Of a DNA stretch of 64,000 bases, positions 1-14,699 are shown in pieces. The position numbers and the translations under genes are program-made. The stretch is from Macrostomum hystrix (Eukaryota; Animalia; Platyhelminthes), in the NCBI GenBank assembly GCA_950097015.1, contig CATNEN010000037.1, positions 3,100,001 to 3,164,000 of the forward strand. The letters are read 5' to 3'. A model generated the notes under the pieces. It searched no databases, was not told the origin of the DNA, and worked only from the letters and a program-made list of their open reading frames with translations. Numbering within the stretch: the first letter of the stretch is position 1; each line of letters opens with the position of its first letter.

Positions 1-744
1 ATTTTGGACAGCTGTCCATCTGTCTGTCGGGATCGACCGCCATTGCTGGTGCTGCTGCTGCTGCTGCTGCTGCTGCTTACATCTGTTTCTCCGAATCTAT
101 TCTCTCCCCTCTTACCCTCAATATGTAAATGTTATAGTGGTCAGTTTTGCATTCGGAATTGAAATAATATCATTTAAGCCTTGAATAACAAAAAAATGTA
201 TTATTTTTTTAGTGCAATAAAAAATCTAAGTCTAGACTGCTGGGTGTACGTTATCTTCTGTCGCGATAAAAAAGCTTTCTTGTCAACTCCATTCCAAATA
301 GTTTTTGTAACAAAAAATTTCCCCCTACAGGAAGTGAGCCATTATTGCATAGTTTTACTTTATTCAAATTCATACACGATAAAATCCACTTTTTTACCAG
401 TCAGTGGTGTTAACGTACAGTGGCAACCATCAACGAAAGCATCAACTATTTCTCTTACACTAAAATAGTGTTACAAAAATAGTTTTAAAAATTCTCTGAT
501 TCTGAAATGTCAGACGTGTCTGAAAAATAATGATGCCAGTAGAATTTTGGGCTGAAATTCGCTGCTGCCTTTTTTGCACTCCAAACAGACGGCAAAGTGA
601 TTCAAAGAATTTCAAAGCTCTCTCTTTTAGTCTTAAATGTCAGTTTTTTGCACAATCTTTTGGCTGAACAGCATTGTACATTATAGTACAGCATTATATC
701 ATATCGTACTATATAACATTACATATACTCGCAGCATTCAATAA

Positions 745-1510
745 CATCAGTATACAGCATCAGACACAACAGTACAGCATCAGACACAACAGTACAGCAT
801 CAGACACAACAGTACAGCATCAGACACAGCAGTACAGCATCAGACACAGCAGTACAGCATCAGACACAGCAGTACAGCATCAGACACAGCAGTACAGCAT
901 CAGACACAGCAGTACAGCATCAGACACAGCAGTACAGCATCAGACACAACAGTACAGCATCAGACACAGCAGTACAGCATCAGACACAGCAGTACAGCAT
1001 CAGACACAGCAGTACAGCAGCATCAGACACAGCAGTACAGCAGCATCAGACACAACAGTACAGCATCAGACACAACAGTACAGCATCAGACACAGCAGTA
1101 CAGCATCAGACACAGCAGTACAGCATCAGACACAGCAGTACAGCAGCATCAGACACAGCAGTACAGCAGCATCAGAAACAGCAGTACAGCAGCATCAGAC
1201 ACAACAGTACAGCATCAGACACAGCAGTACAGCATCAGACACAGCAGTACAGCATCAGACACAGCAGTACAGCAGCATCAGACACTGCAGTACAGCATCA
1301 GACGCAGCAGTACAGCAGCATCAGACACAGCAGTACAGCAGCATCAGACACAGCAGTACAGCATCAGACACAGCAGTACAGCAGCATCAGACACAGCAGT
1401 ACAGCAGCATCAGACACAGCAGTACAGCAGCATCAGACACAACAGTACAGCATCAGACACAGCAGTACAGAATCAGACACAGCAGTACAGCATCAGACGC
1501 AGCAGTGCAG
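745..1510. repeat. Minisatellite, 20-bp unit (cagcatcagacacagcagta) with 23-bp variants carrying an extra cag
   Basis: Tandem periodicity read directly; it explains ORF 674..1552. Confidence 0.95.
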
Positions 1511-2129
1511 TGTGAAAAATGCGGGCCATTGGGTCGGACTGACCACACTTAGTGTGCGCGGATAATTAAGAAAAAAGGTTCAAATTAAGAAAAAAACTTG
1601 CTTGGCTTCACAGTTGTGTGAATACCGGGTGGTTCCGAATATTCGCATTTGAATTGGAACTAATTGATACAATTATTCATATATTTCGCAATTTTTAAAT
1701 CTTCTTGTTGTTCCCAAGTCGTGTGGTAATAAATGCATAACTTTATTATTTATAGTTATTCGGGTGATATACTTGTATATTTTATAACTGTACCTAAACT
1801 TGTCTCATAAAATTCATAAGCCTTTTGTGATCAAGGATTTGCTGGACCACGTGACCTCACGGGTATTATTTAACCCCCCTGTGCACATTCTGTAGGGCAA
1901 ATATTCATAATATTTTTATGACTGAGTTTATGGCGCCAAAAACTGTTTTAAAATTTAGCAGTAAAAACAATGGTCTTGGTGAATTTCACAAAACCAGCTG
2001 CAATTATTTGTTACCTGTGAATGAAGACTAGAGTTTTTGTGAGAAAATTTCAGGTGATTCTGAATTTAAACATACTTGTGCCACTTCTGCAAAACTAATA
2101 CTTGCCTCCGGAAAACAAAGCATTAATAG

Positions 2130-2530
2130 TTGATGGAATGGAATATCTGATCATCTATCCCAGAGATGAAGGAATAGAATGGATTGCTTATCTATCCCAT
2201 AGATGAAGGAATAGAATGGATTGCTAATCTATCCCACGGATAAAGGAATAGAATGGATTGCTTATCTATCTTGTTGATGAAGGAATAGAATGGATTGCTT
2301 ATCTATCCTGTTGATGAAGGAATAGAATGGATTGCCAATCTATCCCATAGATGAAGGAATAGAATGGATTGCTGATCTATCCATGGATGAAGGAATAGAA
2401 TGGATTGCTAATCTATCCCATGGATAAAGGAATAGAATGGATTGCCAATCTATCCCATAGATGAAGGAATAGAATGGATTGCTAATCCATCCCATCTGGT
2501 GAAGGAATGGAATTGATTGCGAGTCCATCC
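2130..2530. repeat. Minisatellite, about 38-bp unit (gatgaaggaatagaatggattgctaatctatcccat), block 1
   Basis: Tandem copies read directly; the same unit reappears at 3280-3445. Confidence 0.9.
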
Positions 2531-3279
2531 AATGGATGAAGGCATATGTTTTTACAAGAAGGGAAAGATAATGAACTGAAGGCAAACTAACTGTTATTTA
2601 CTTTGCTCCTTTTCACTCGGAACAATTGTGCCTTTCTGCTGTCTGCTGTCTACTTTCTACTATTACGCAGGTTGTTAGTACTTGTAAAACAAGTGCATTT
2701 GCTTATTTCTATTTGCTATAACTGATCTTGCAATCTGTCAGACAGTTTCGACGCCTTACATGTACCAAAGGTATTTTAAAGGTAGGAAATACAGTTCCTA
2801 TATCTGCTACTAGATTGCATTCTCGGCTAATGAATGCCGACTGAACTAAAAGAAAATTGCTTGCGGTTGAAGAAAAATTCCACGGCCTATAGCTGGGCAG
2901 ATGCCAAAGCCGCTGCAAAGTCGCGCCCCAGTCCATCACAAGAAGGCACGGCCAAGTGGGCTGAGGCACCGCGTGTTTTTTAGGCGCAGAAAATCACAGA
3001 GAGAGAGAGACAGGGCGGCAAAGGCATAAGGGGGACGCCGACATCTTCCGGAGGACTGTTGAACATCAGTTAAGCGGCACAGATCTATCTAGCTGGGGGC
3101 TGCCATACCGTCAAAATTCTCCCCACATCCCGGGGATCTGTCCGACCAATTTGTGTGGCACAGGATCGACTTTTGAAAATTTGTTCTTTAAGTGTTTTGA
3201 ATTCTCCTTTAGAAAATTAGCGGATTTAAAACAAAAATATTTCATCCGTCTACTTAAAACTAAGCCTCCGGACAATAGA

Positions 3280-3445
3280 ATCTATTGCTAATCTATCCCA
3301 TGGATAAAGGAATAGAGTGGATTGCTAATCTATCCCATGGATAAAGGAATAGAATGGAGTGCTAATCTATCCCATGGATGAAGGAATAGAATGGAGTGCT
3401 AATCTATCCCATGGATGAAGGAATAGAATGGAGTGCTAATCTATT
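3280..3445. repeat. Minisatellite, same about 38-bp unit, block 2
   Basis: About 4 copies of ggataaaggaatagaatggagtgctaatctatcccat. Confidence 0.85.
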
Positions 3446-3809
3446 CCCTCAGATAAAAGTATCAGGAATAAATACAGTGCTGTTGATAATTGATAATAAG
3501 TTGATAATCAACATTAGCTTCCCCTCTCACCTGTTCGGGATAGATTTGGTTTAAATTGTTCAGAGCCGTCAGCCCAGTTGCTTCCCGAATGATGACTCAC
3601 GCGCGTTGCCACCACTTGCAAGACAGGCACTCATTAGTGACCAGTGTCCTGTTTCGCTGTGCCACAACAGCTGCTGCAGTCGCGTTCATCAGTTTAAACA
3701 GAGGGCGGCTGTTTAGCGGAAAATTATCTCTAGATGGAATTCCACGTTTGGAGGAGGTCACGGGTACTATTCCTGAACTCGCAAACTTAAAGGCCTCACT
3801 AACGAAATA

Positions 3810-5055
3810 TGAATCATTATCTATCCACCCACCCATAGTCCAGAAGTGTGGATCCATATCTATCCACTCACCCATAGCCCAGAAGTGTGGATCCATATCT
3901 ATCCACTCACCCATAGCCCAGAAGTGTGGATCCATATCTATCCACTCACCCATAGCCCAGAAGTGTGGATCCATATCTATCCACTCACCCATAGCCCAGA
4001 AGTGTGGATCCATATCTATCCACTCACCCATAGCCCAGAAGTGTGGATCCATATCTATCCACTCACCCATAGCCCAGAAATGTGAATCCATATCTATCCA
4101 CTCACCCATAGCCCAGAAGTGTGGATCCTTATCTATCTACTCACCTATAGCCCTGAAGTGTGAATCCTTATCTATCCACTCACCTATAGCCCAGAAGTGT
4201 GAATCCTTATCTATGTACTCACCTATAGCCCAGAAGTGTGAATCCTTATCTATGTACTCACCTATAGCCCAGAAGTGTGGATCCATATCTATCCACTCCC
4301 CTATAGCCCAGAAGTGTGAATCCTTATCTATCCACCCACCCATAGCCCAGAAGTGTGAATCCTTATCTATCTACTCACCTATAGCCCTGAAGTGTGGATC
4401 CTTATCTATCCACTCACCCATAGCCCAGAAGTGTGGATCCTTATCTATCCACCCACCCATAGCCCAGAAGTGTGAATCCATATCTATGTACTCACCTATA
4501 GCCCAGAAGTGTGAATCCTTATCTATGTACTCACCTATAGCCCAGAAGTGTGAATCCTTATCTATCCACCCACCCATAGCCCAGAAGTGTGAATCCTTAT
4601 CTATCTACTCACCTATAGCCCTGAAGTGTGGATCCTTATCTATCCACTCACCCATAGCCCAGAAGTGTGGATCCTTATCTATCCACTCACCCATAGCCCA
4701 GAAGTGTGGATCCTTATCTATCTACTCACCTATAGCCCTGAAGTGTGGATCCTTATCTATCCACTCACCCATAGCCCAGAAGTGTGGATCCATATCTATC
4801 CACTCACCCATAGCCCAGAAGTGTGGATCCTTATCTATCCACTCACCCATAGCCCAGAAGTGTGGATCCTTATCTATCCACTCACCCATAGCCCAGAAGT
4901 GTGGATCCTTATCTATCCACTCACCCATAGCCCAGAAATGTGAATCCTTATCTATGTACTCACCCATAGCCCTGAAGTGTGGATCCTTATCTATCCACTC
5001 ACCCATAGCCCAGAAGTGTGAATCCTTATCAATCTACTCACCTATAGCCCTGAAC
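3810..5055. repeat. Minisatellite, 39-bp unit (atccactcacccatagcccagaagtgtggatccttatct)
   Basis: About 32 tandem units; the 13-aa periodic ORFs on both strands are its translations. Confidence 0.95.
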
Positions 5056-6039
5056 CCTGAGCTGTGATTTTTATTGTTTACTAAATAAAACTGGTTTAAG
5101 AAAGACAATTTTCATATTATATCGACATTCATTTTGCTCGTAGAAAAACGCCAAAATACTTACTCTCTCTCTTCCCTGCTCTCTCTCTCTCTCGTTCTGC
5201 ACAATAATCCCCTCTGACTCACTGTCGTCATTGCCCGCTCAGTCTATACATTGCTACATGTTTATATTTGTTGAGTGTGCCACGTTCCATATTTCACTCT
5301 CTGGCTTTATATAATATTAGTCTAAACTGCACGAGGCTCAGCTTGTGGCAGCATTCCTTACCCCAACCGCATTTAGTCCAAAACTTACGTTAAAATTAAT
5401 TTCGTGAGAAAGCACTGAAATTCAGGTCTTACAAAGAGGAATTATTCAGTGAGTAATGATGACGGGGCTATAGAGTGATGAAGAATTCTGAGCTCATTTG
5501 TACCACCCGCATAGGGGCTTGCAATCATAAGCGAGTGTATTTAAGCGTACACTGCAGTGTGATGTGTGTAGTGTTTGTGCACTAGACCTATGAAACTATT
5601 AAGCTTAAACAATGCTCGGCTGAATCGGACAATTGAGTAGAGAGAGAGTGAATGCGTGTCTGCCAGTGAATTTGTTTCGCTGACTGACAGCCTGCTCTGA
5701 CTGCCTTAATGTGTGAAGTTCTCAACAAGTTTCTTCTCCTCTTAAGTCTCGCTCCACTGAGCAGAGAATTATATATTTTTTGAAAAAGAAAAATACTAAA
5801 ATTAACGGTTGCACGTTTAACTGAACTATATTGAAGCGGCATTTTAATTCCAGCCCTTTGTCTTGCTTAGCAAAGCAACTATACTGTGTTGCATCACGCC
5901 TTTATTGTAAGTGCGCATAGCAATTAGTTATTGTTTATGAATTTTTTATTCTGATTCACTGTTTTCACCTTGTATCGTTTTGATGCATTAACTGACTTCA
6001 CTGCATTACTCTTGTGACCTAACTAAGGCACATGTGACC

Positions 6040-6590
6040 TCTATGCCTTACCCGTGACCTCCGTGCCCTACCCGTGACCTCCCTGCCTTACCCGTGACCT
6101 CCGTGCCCTACCTGTGACCTCCCTGCCTTACCCGTGACCTCCGTGCCTTACCCGTGACCTCCCTGCCTTACCCGTGACCTCCCTGCCTTACCCGTGACCT
6201 CCGTGCCTTACCCGTGACCTCCCTGCCTTACCCGTGACCTCCCTGCCTTACCGTGACCTCCCTGCCTTACCCGTGACCTCCCTGCCTTACCCGTGACCTC
6301 CCTGCCTTACCCGTGACCTCCGTGCCCTACCCGTGACCTCCCTGCCTTACCCGTGACCTCTCTGCCTTACCCGTGACCTCCCTGCCTTACCCGTGACCTC
6401 CGTGCCTTACCCGTGACCTCCCTGCCTTACCCGTGATCTCTCTGCCTTACCCGTGACCTCCGTGCCCTACCCGTGACCTCCCTGCCTTACCCGTGACCTC
6501 CCTGCCTTACCCGTGACCTCCCTGCCTTACCCGTGACCTCCTGCCTTACCCGTGACCTCCCTGCCTTACCCGTGATCTCTCTGCCTTGCC
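6040..6590. repeat. Minisatellite, 20-bp unit (ccgtgacctccctgccttac)
   Basis: Tandem periodicity read directly. Confidence 0.95.
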
Positions 6591-7034
6591 TGCAACCTCC
6601 CCTGTGGCGTGACAGCCCCCTCTGTGGTCTGGTCTGTATCTGCTTGGACTGTAAAAAATGCGAAAAAATGAGATAAACTTTTAGAAAAACAATGAGTGGA
6701 ATGATGGGAAGAAAATTGAAGCTAAAGTTCTAATTAGGTAAGTGTTATGGAATCTCCTTTCCTGTTAGATGTATTAGCAGGCACTAAAGCTGCATAGTAT
6801 CCCTTACTAATTAAATAAGCAACAGTAAAATCGTAACGAATAAAAAAGTTCAACATTGGCACTTAAATAATTCATGGGCATGCACGCCATTATTAGTACA
6901 TTTTGAGTGTGGCTCCTTAGAGCCGTTAAACACACACAAGCAAGCGAAGAGATAAGCAAATTTGTCTTCTCACAGTTACGAGTCCCGCTTACACTCTAAG
7001 TTAATTTTATTCTGGCGCAAAAGTATTGTTGCAC

Positions 7035-7145
7035 TATTGCACTGTTGGCCTGTTGGGCTGTTGGGCTGTTGGCCTGTTGGGCTGTTGGCCTGTTGCACTG
7101 TTGGCCTGTTGGGCTGTTGGGCTGTTGGGCTGTTGGCCTGTTGGG
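7035..7145. repeat. Short degenerate 8-9 bp tandem repeat (gctgttgg/cctgttgg)
   Basis: Read directly. Confidence 0.8.
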
Positions 7146-7767
7146 CTTTCTTCATAAAGCCTATTTGGCCGGAAGAAAAACACTGCAAATCCTCTGCAAT
7201 GCACAGAGAAGCGTTTGAGCACTCTCAGTTGACTTAGTTATCAACTACGGCTATTTCTCTCTCCTTACTCCAGTCAGAGAAACCCAAAAGACACAGGGAT
7301 TGCCGCCAGTTGATAGTGAGCTTTCGATAGTATAGAATTGGGAATAAAGAACGAAATGGGATATCCTGGGGAAAATAACAGTGGGGAGAGAGAAGAGAGT
7401 CGAGGGCCTGTCGCGACCGTAAATTATGACAGGCTAGGAGCACTGGGATATCACAGTGCCAAATCCAGGCGGTTAAACCTACAGCTATTCTCTCTCGTCT
7501 TCGTAGAAGTGCACCTGCTCTCAGTCTAGGCCAGCCATCTCATCTCAGCTATTTCAGTCGTAAAGAATGCAAAAGAATTGGAAAAAAGAGACTAAAATCT
7601 CCCCCCCGGGTGGAAGTAAAACTGCAAGCAAAAACACGTGTCTGTTTTCTCTTCAGTTGCTATATTCGCATTATCAACTTTCTACTAAATACTGTTGTTG
7701 TTGCTATTAAGTTTGGGGTAAAACAGGGTTTTTTACGCCCTGTTCCCCGCGCATCAGCCGAAGCTCT

Positions 7768-8185
<418 letters not shown>

Positions 8186-8509
8186 AATGCTCGTACTTCC
8201 ACAGAAATTTCACACTTATTTAAAAGTCCTCCAGCACTTATAGCAGTTTAAGTGCTCGTTGTTCTTCAAACTTCCAATCATTTCATCTTTCCACATTTTG
8301 TTATGTGTTTACCTAGATTAACTATCTTACATCAACGCTGCAGAAACTGTTAAAGCATGGAGCTTGCACTTCGCTTTCTAATTTTTACTGCCTTCCCTCT
8401 TGTACTTTTCAGAACAAGACAAGCTACTTGACATTTAGTAAAGTTAAAACATTTTACTCATTTTCGGTACTCTCTCGTCCTTGTAGTTTAAGTAACACTA
8501 TTATAATTC

Positions 8510-11380
8510 CGAATGGTCACTCTCTTGTCCTCTAGGTTGCTCACTCTCTAATCCTCTAGATTGGTCACTCTCCTATCCTATAGAATGGTCACTCTCCTAT
8601 CCTCTAGATTGGTCACTCTCCTATCCTATAGAATGGTCACTCTCTAGTCCTATAGAATGGTCACTCTCTAGTCCTATAGAATGGTCACTCTCTAGTCCTA
8701 TAGAATGGTCACTCTCTAGTCCTATAGAATGGTCACTCTCTAGTCCTATAGAAAGGTCACTCTCTAGTCCTATAGAATGGTCACTCTCTAGTCCTATAGA
8801 ATGGTCACTCTCTAGTCCTATAGAATGGTCACTCTCCTATCCTCTAGATTGGTCACTCTCCTATCCTATAGAATGGTCACTCTCTAGTCCTATAGAATGG
8901 TCACTCTCTAGTCCTATAGAATGGTCACTCTCTAGTCCTATAGAATGGTCACTCTCTAGTCCTATAGAATGGTCACTCTCCTATCCTCTAGATTGGTCAC
9001 TCTCCTATCCTATAGAATGGTCACTCTCTAGTCCTATAGAATGGTCACTCTCTAGTCCTATAGAATGGTCACTCTCTAGTCCTATAGAAAGGTCACTCTC
9101 TAGTCCTATAGAAAGGTCACTCTCTAGTCCTATAGAATGGTCACTCTCTAGTCCTATAGAATGGTCACTCTCTAGTCCTATAGAAAGGTCACTCTCTAGT
9201 CCTATAGAAAGGTCACTCTCTAGTCCTATAGAAAGGTCACTCTCTAGTCCTATAGAATGGTCACTCTCTAGTCCTATAGAAAGGTCACTCTCTAGTCCTA
9301 TAGAAAGGTCACTCTCTAGTCCTATAGAATGGTCACTCTCTAGTCCTATAGAATGGTCACTCTCTAGTCCTATAGAATGGATACTCTCTAGTCCTATAGA
9401 AAGGTCACTCTCTAGTCCTATAGAATGGTCACTCTCTAGTCCTATAGAATGGTCACTCTCTAGTCCTATAGAATGGTCACTCTCTAGTCCTATAGAATGG
9501 TCACTCTCTAGTCCTATAGAATGGATACTCTCTAGTCCTATAGAATGGATACTCTCTAGTCCTATAGAAAGGTCACTCTCTAGTCCTATAGAATGGTCAC
9601 TCTCTAGTCCTATAGAATGGTCACTCTCTAGTCCTATAGAATGGTCACTCTCTAGTCCTATAGAAAGGTCACTCTCTAGTCCTATAGAAAGGTCACTCTC
9701 TAGTCCTATAGAAAGGTCACTCTCTAGTCCTATAGAATGGTCACTCTCTAGTCCTATAGAATGGTCACTCTCTAGTCCTATAGAATGGTCACTCTCTAGT
9801 CCTATAGAAAGGTCACTCTCTAGTCCTATAGAATGGTCACTCTCTAGTCCTATAGAATGGTCACTCTCTAGTCCTATAGAAATGGTCACTCTCTAGTCCT
9901 ATAGAATGGTCACTCTCTAGTCCTATAGAATGGTCACTCTCTAGTCCTATAGAATGGTCACTCTCTAGTCCTATAGAATGGTCACTCTCTAGTCCTATAG
10001 AAGGTCACTCTCTAGTCCTATAGAATGGTCACTCTCTAGTCCTATAGAATGGTCACTCTCTAGTCCTATAGAAAGGTCACTCTCTAGTCCTATAGAATGG
10101 TCACTCTCTAGTCCTATAGAATGGTCACTCTCTAGTCCTATAGAATGGTCACTCTCTAGTCCTATAGAATGGTCACTCTCTAGTCCTATAGAATGGTCAC
10201 TCTCTAGTCCTATAGAATGGTCACTCTCTAGTCCTATAGAATGATCACTCTCTAGTCCTATAGAATGGTCACTCTCTAGTCCTATAGAATGGTCACTCTC
10301 CTATCCTCTAGATTGGTCACTCTCCTAGTCCTATAGAATGGTCACTCTCTAGTCCTATAGAATGGTCACTCTCTAGTCCTATAGAATGGTCACTCACTAG
10401 TCCTATAGAATGGTCACTCTCTAGTCCTATAGAATGGTCACTCTCTAGTCCTATAGAATGGTCACTCTCTAGTCCTATAGAATGGTCACTCTCTAGTCCT
10501 ATAGAATGGTCACTCTCTAGTCCTATAGAATGGTCACTCTCTAGTCCTATAGAATGGTCACTCTCTAGTCCTATAGAATGGTCACTCTCTAGTCCTATAG
10601 AATGGTCACTCTCTAGTCCTATAGAATGGTCACTCTCTAGTCCTATAGAATGGTCACTCTCTAGTCCTATAGAATGGTCACTCTCTAGTCCTATAGAATG
10701 GTCACTCTCTAGTCCTATAGAATGGTCACTCTCTAGTCCTATAGAATGGTCACTCTCTAGTCCTATAGAATGGTCACTCTCTAGTCCTATAGAATGATCA
10801 CTCTCTAGTCCTATAGAATGGTCACTCTCTAGTCCTATAGAATGATCACTCTCTAGTCCTATAGAATGGTCACTCTCTAGTCCTATAGAATGGTCACTCT
10901 CCTATCCTCTAGATTGGTCACTCTCCTATCCTATAGAATGGTCACTCTCTAGTCCTATAGAATGATCACTCTCTAGTCCTATAGAATGGTCACTCTCTAG
11001 TCCTATAGAATGGTCACTCTCTAGTCCTATAGAATGGTCACTCTCTAGTCCTATAGAATGGTCACTCTCTAGTCCTATAGAATGGTCACTCTCTAGTCCT
11101 ATAGAATGGTCACTCTCTAGTCCTATAGAATGGTCACTCTCTAGTCCTATAGAATGGTCACTCTCCTATCCTCTAGATTGGTCACTCTCCTATCCTATAG
11201 AATGGTCACTCTCTAGTCCTATAGAATGGTCACTCTCTAGTCCTATAGAATGGTCACTCTCTAGTCCTATAGAATGGTCACTCTCTAGTCCTATAGAATG
11301 GTCACTCTCTAGTCCTATAGAATGGTCACTCTCTAGTCCTATAGAAAGGTCACTCTCTAGTCCTATAGAATGGTCACTCT
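8510..11380. repeat. Minisatellite, 24-bp unit (tcactctctagtcctatagaatgg), about 2.9 kb
   Basis: Highly homogeneous tandem array; source of the HSIGLESD-repeat ORFs. Confidence 0.98.
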
Positions 11381-11714
11381 CGTGTCCTTCTGAAGTGACT
11401 TCTATCTTTGAAAGTCGCAGGCAGATGGAAAGCATTAAGAAACAGCAGAAAGTACAGGATCCGTTTGTATTTGTTTTCAAATACGGCCAGTGAAGCGCAG
11501 GAGAAACACAAGTCCAGGGAAGCAGAAATGTGCGGAAAAGGGGGTTCGATTTTTCTTCCCAAAAACTGTCCAAACACAGCTTTTAGCCAAGATATCATTG
11601 CTTGGAAATCTTACACACTGGTGGTGATCTCCGTACGGCCCTCCTAGCTGATTTCCTAGCTGAGCGATCTGATCGATGGCATTGGCCTGTCACACAAAAC
11701 CAGCGCGCCCAGAA

Positions 11715-11850
11715 ATCCCACTTCCCAATTGCTACACCCAGGACTCGATCGTCTCGAAGGCCGCAATCCGCAAAGTCGTTAGGCTGACTGGCATGGGCTG
11801 ACTGGCTGACCCAGGAATACACTAAGCAGATGGGAAATTCATATTGAGCT
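11715..11850 (+). repeat. Dispersed repeat family 3, copy A
   Basis: The segment ggctgactggctg...gaatacactaagcagatgggaaa recurs at about 20775-20820 (+) and, reverse-complemented, at about 26870-26915. Confidence 0.6.
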
Positions 11851-12724
11851 GTGCTCAGATGAAGCACAGCTCACAAGAAGATAACATTTTTTTCGCCATC
11901 TCGAAAAGTTGATCTGTTCATTCGATAGGTATTGATGTTTTCAACAAGTTAAGCTTCATCTCGCTAAAATTGGCCAATTAATCAAAATGTTTTCTGCATT
12001 TTAACTTTTTAAGATCGTTCACTGCTGAAAAGCGAGTTTTTTGTCTTTCTTAAACTTTATTTAAGCACAGCTCAGCCATGTCTCTAGATTCGGAGCTCTG
12101 TGGCTTAGCTCTCCGAGAAATGCGACGCAGAGCGGACAAGCAAACTTTCGATTTGGGCCGCTACAGACTTTCTGGACTTGGGAGAAAATGCCTCAATAAT
12201 TGCTTTGTTGCCTATAAAAGTACAAAGGAATTACAAGGATTTTTGGGGATATGGGTAAACTATTGGGAAGTCGTTTTGAAATCAACGAGAAGATGATGTC
12301 AGAGCAAGTTCTACTCGTCATAGCAAACAACTCCACGAACCCTAGCTACCATTGCACTGTTGCACTTTAATCCATAGATTGGAGTTCAGGCCGCTGACAA
12401 ACTGATCGTTAATGTTTTCTCTACGCAAAAATTCTGCCAAAATACTAGCGAAAAATCGAATGGATTATCAAACGGCTAACACTGCGTTCAGATATTTATC
12501 GGCTTTCCACTTAATCTGTCCTCTTTTGTTGACTAAATTAAATTCTCATCGAGGGCTGCATGAGGATTTGACTCAAGTAATTAGGCCAAACTGGGCTGCT
12601 CTATATTGTTGGCAGTAACATTTGCTTTTGCCAATACCGGATGCTTTTAGTGAGACTTCCGCTATGGGCTGATGATGACCTTGTAAACCTAATAACCACA
12701 GCTCATTGGTAAAACCATCTCCTG

Positions 12725-13620
12725 TCCTAGTCTCTCCTACTCCCTCCTACTCTCTCCTACTCTATCCTACTCTCTCCTACTCTCTCCTACTCCCTCCTAC
12801 TCTCTCCTACTCTCTCCTACTCTCTCCTACTCCCTCCTACTCTCTCCTACTCACTACTACTCTCTCCTACTCTCTCCTACTCTCTCCTACTCTTTCCTAC
12901 TCTCTCCTACTCTCTTCTACTCTTTCCTACTCTCTCCTACTCTCTTCTACTCTCTCCTACTCTCTCCTACTCTCTTCTACTCTCTCCTACTCTCTCCTAC
13001 TCTCTCCTACTCTCTTCTACTCTCTCCTACTCTCTCCTACTCTCTCCAACTCTCTCTTACTCTCTCCTACTCTCTCCGACTCTCTCCGACTCTCTTCTAC
13101 TCTTTCCTACTCTCTCCTACTCTCTCCTACTCTCTTCTACTCTCTCCTACTCTCTCCTACTCTCTTCTACTCTCTCCTACTCTCTCCTACTCTCTCTCTT
13201 ACTCTCTCCTACTCTCTCCGACTCTCTCCGACTCTCTCCTACTCTCTCCTACTCTCTCCTACTCTCTCCTACTCTCTTCTACTCTCTCCTACTCTCTCCT
13301 ACTCTCTCTCTTACTCTCTCCTACTCTCTCCGACTCTCTCCGACTCTCTCCTACTCTCTCCTACTCTCTCCTACTCTCTCTCTTACTCTCTCCTACTCTC
13401 TCCTACTCTCTTCTACTCTTTCCTACTCTCTCCTACTCTCTTCTACTCTCTCCTACTCTCTCCTACTCTCTCCTACTCACTACTACTCTCTCCTACTCTC
13501 TCCTAGTCTATCCTACTCTCTCCTACTCTCTCCTACTCTCTCCTACTCCCTCCTACTCACTACTACTCTCTCCTACTCTCTCCTACTCTCTCCTACTCTC
13601 TCCTACTCTCTCCCTCCTAC
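12725..13620. repeat. Minisatellite, 10-bp unit (tactctctcc)
   Basis: Read directly; source of ORF 12706..13506. Confidence 0.95.
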
Positions 13621-14699
13621 TGTTCAGAGAGTCGGATTGTCTTCCTCCTGAATCGAAGTCTAATTATGCGCATTACAAATCCAAGTAGCTTCACTGGCCT
13701 CATTGTCTTCAACTCACCAAATTAAATTCTGTTTTATTTTGTGTTAAGTTTCGCCCCTTCTCCGACGGATAATTCTTGAGGATTATAAATTTGGAAATGA
13801 GAAATCTTAACACATTGTCCAGTCCTCGTTTCCTAGCAGTCACTTGGGATTTAAAATCCACACAGACTATCTTGTTGTCTATCTCTCCACACACACACTG
13901 CTCTCACAGACCAAGACGTAAATGTAAGTAGAATTCTGTGCTCTTCTGTGCACCAACCCTTTCTATTGCTAAATGTACAACATCGATCCGTTTAGTCTTG
14001 GTTGTCTGTATATGTACAATTTCGCTTATATGATTTTCCTTTTACTTCACTCCTTCTTCCTCTCTTTTGCTGTCTTCCCTTCCCAACCCCATAGCATCCC
14101 GTAGCGAAATAGCAGATCACAGTGGCCTGTGATAGAAAAAAGTCAGACTGAAAATTTTAGCTCCCTGTCCAGATGCTATTTTTAGAAGTCTATGCCCCAA
14201 CCCCTATCCGTGACCTCGCTAGGGCCTTTCACTCCTAGCTTTAATTTCTGTCCTTCCTCACCAACACCCTGCCTGGGCCAATTCGGATTGGCGAAATTCC
14301 GAGTGAACACAGAGAAAGAGAGAGAGAAGAAGAGAGGAGAGGGCAGAGGGGAGGTGGGAGAGAGTGAAGGGGTATTAATGTACATTTACAGTCCCACCGC
14401 CCTCATAAAATAATACGAGCTACTACGGCTTTATTTCTGTCCCCAACCTTGGCAGCTCCGATTTTTTCGAAACAAAAATCCTATTATTCTTGATTATAAA
14501 GGAAATTTTGTAATTATATCATTCGACTCATTTGAAACTCTACGAAAAAAACAATTTGTTTATCGGTTCTACAAAGGAAGCCACATTTCTACTTTAACTG
14601 CAGTTTTTTTAACAAACAAGGTAAGATTAAGAACTTTCTGTTTTTCTAAAGCGTGTTCGCTTGCTTATTTCCCTCCAAATATATCTTGTCTAACTCTTG

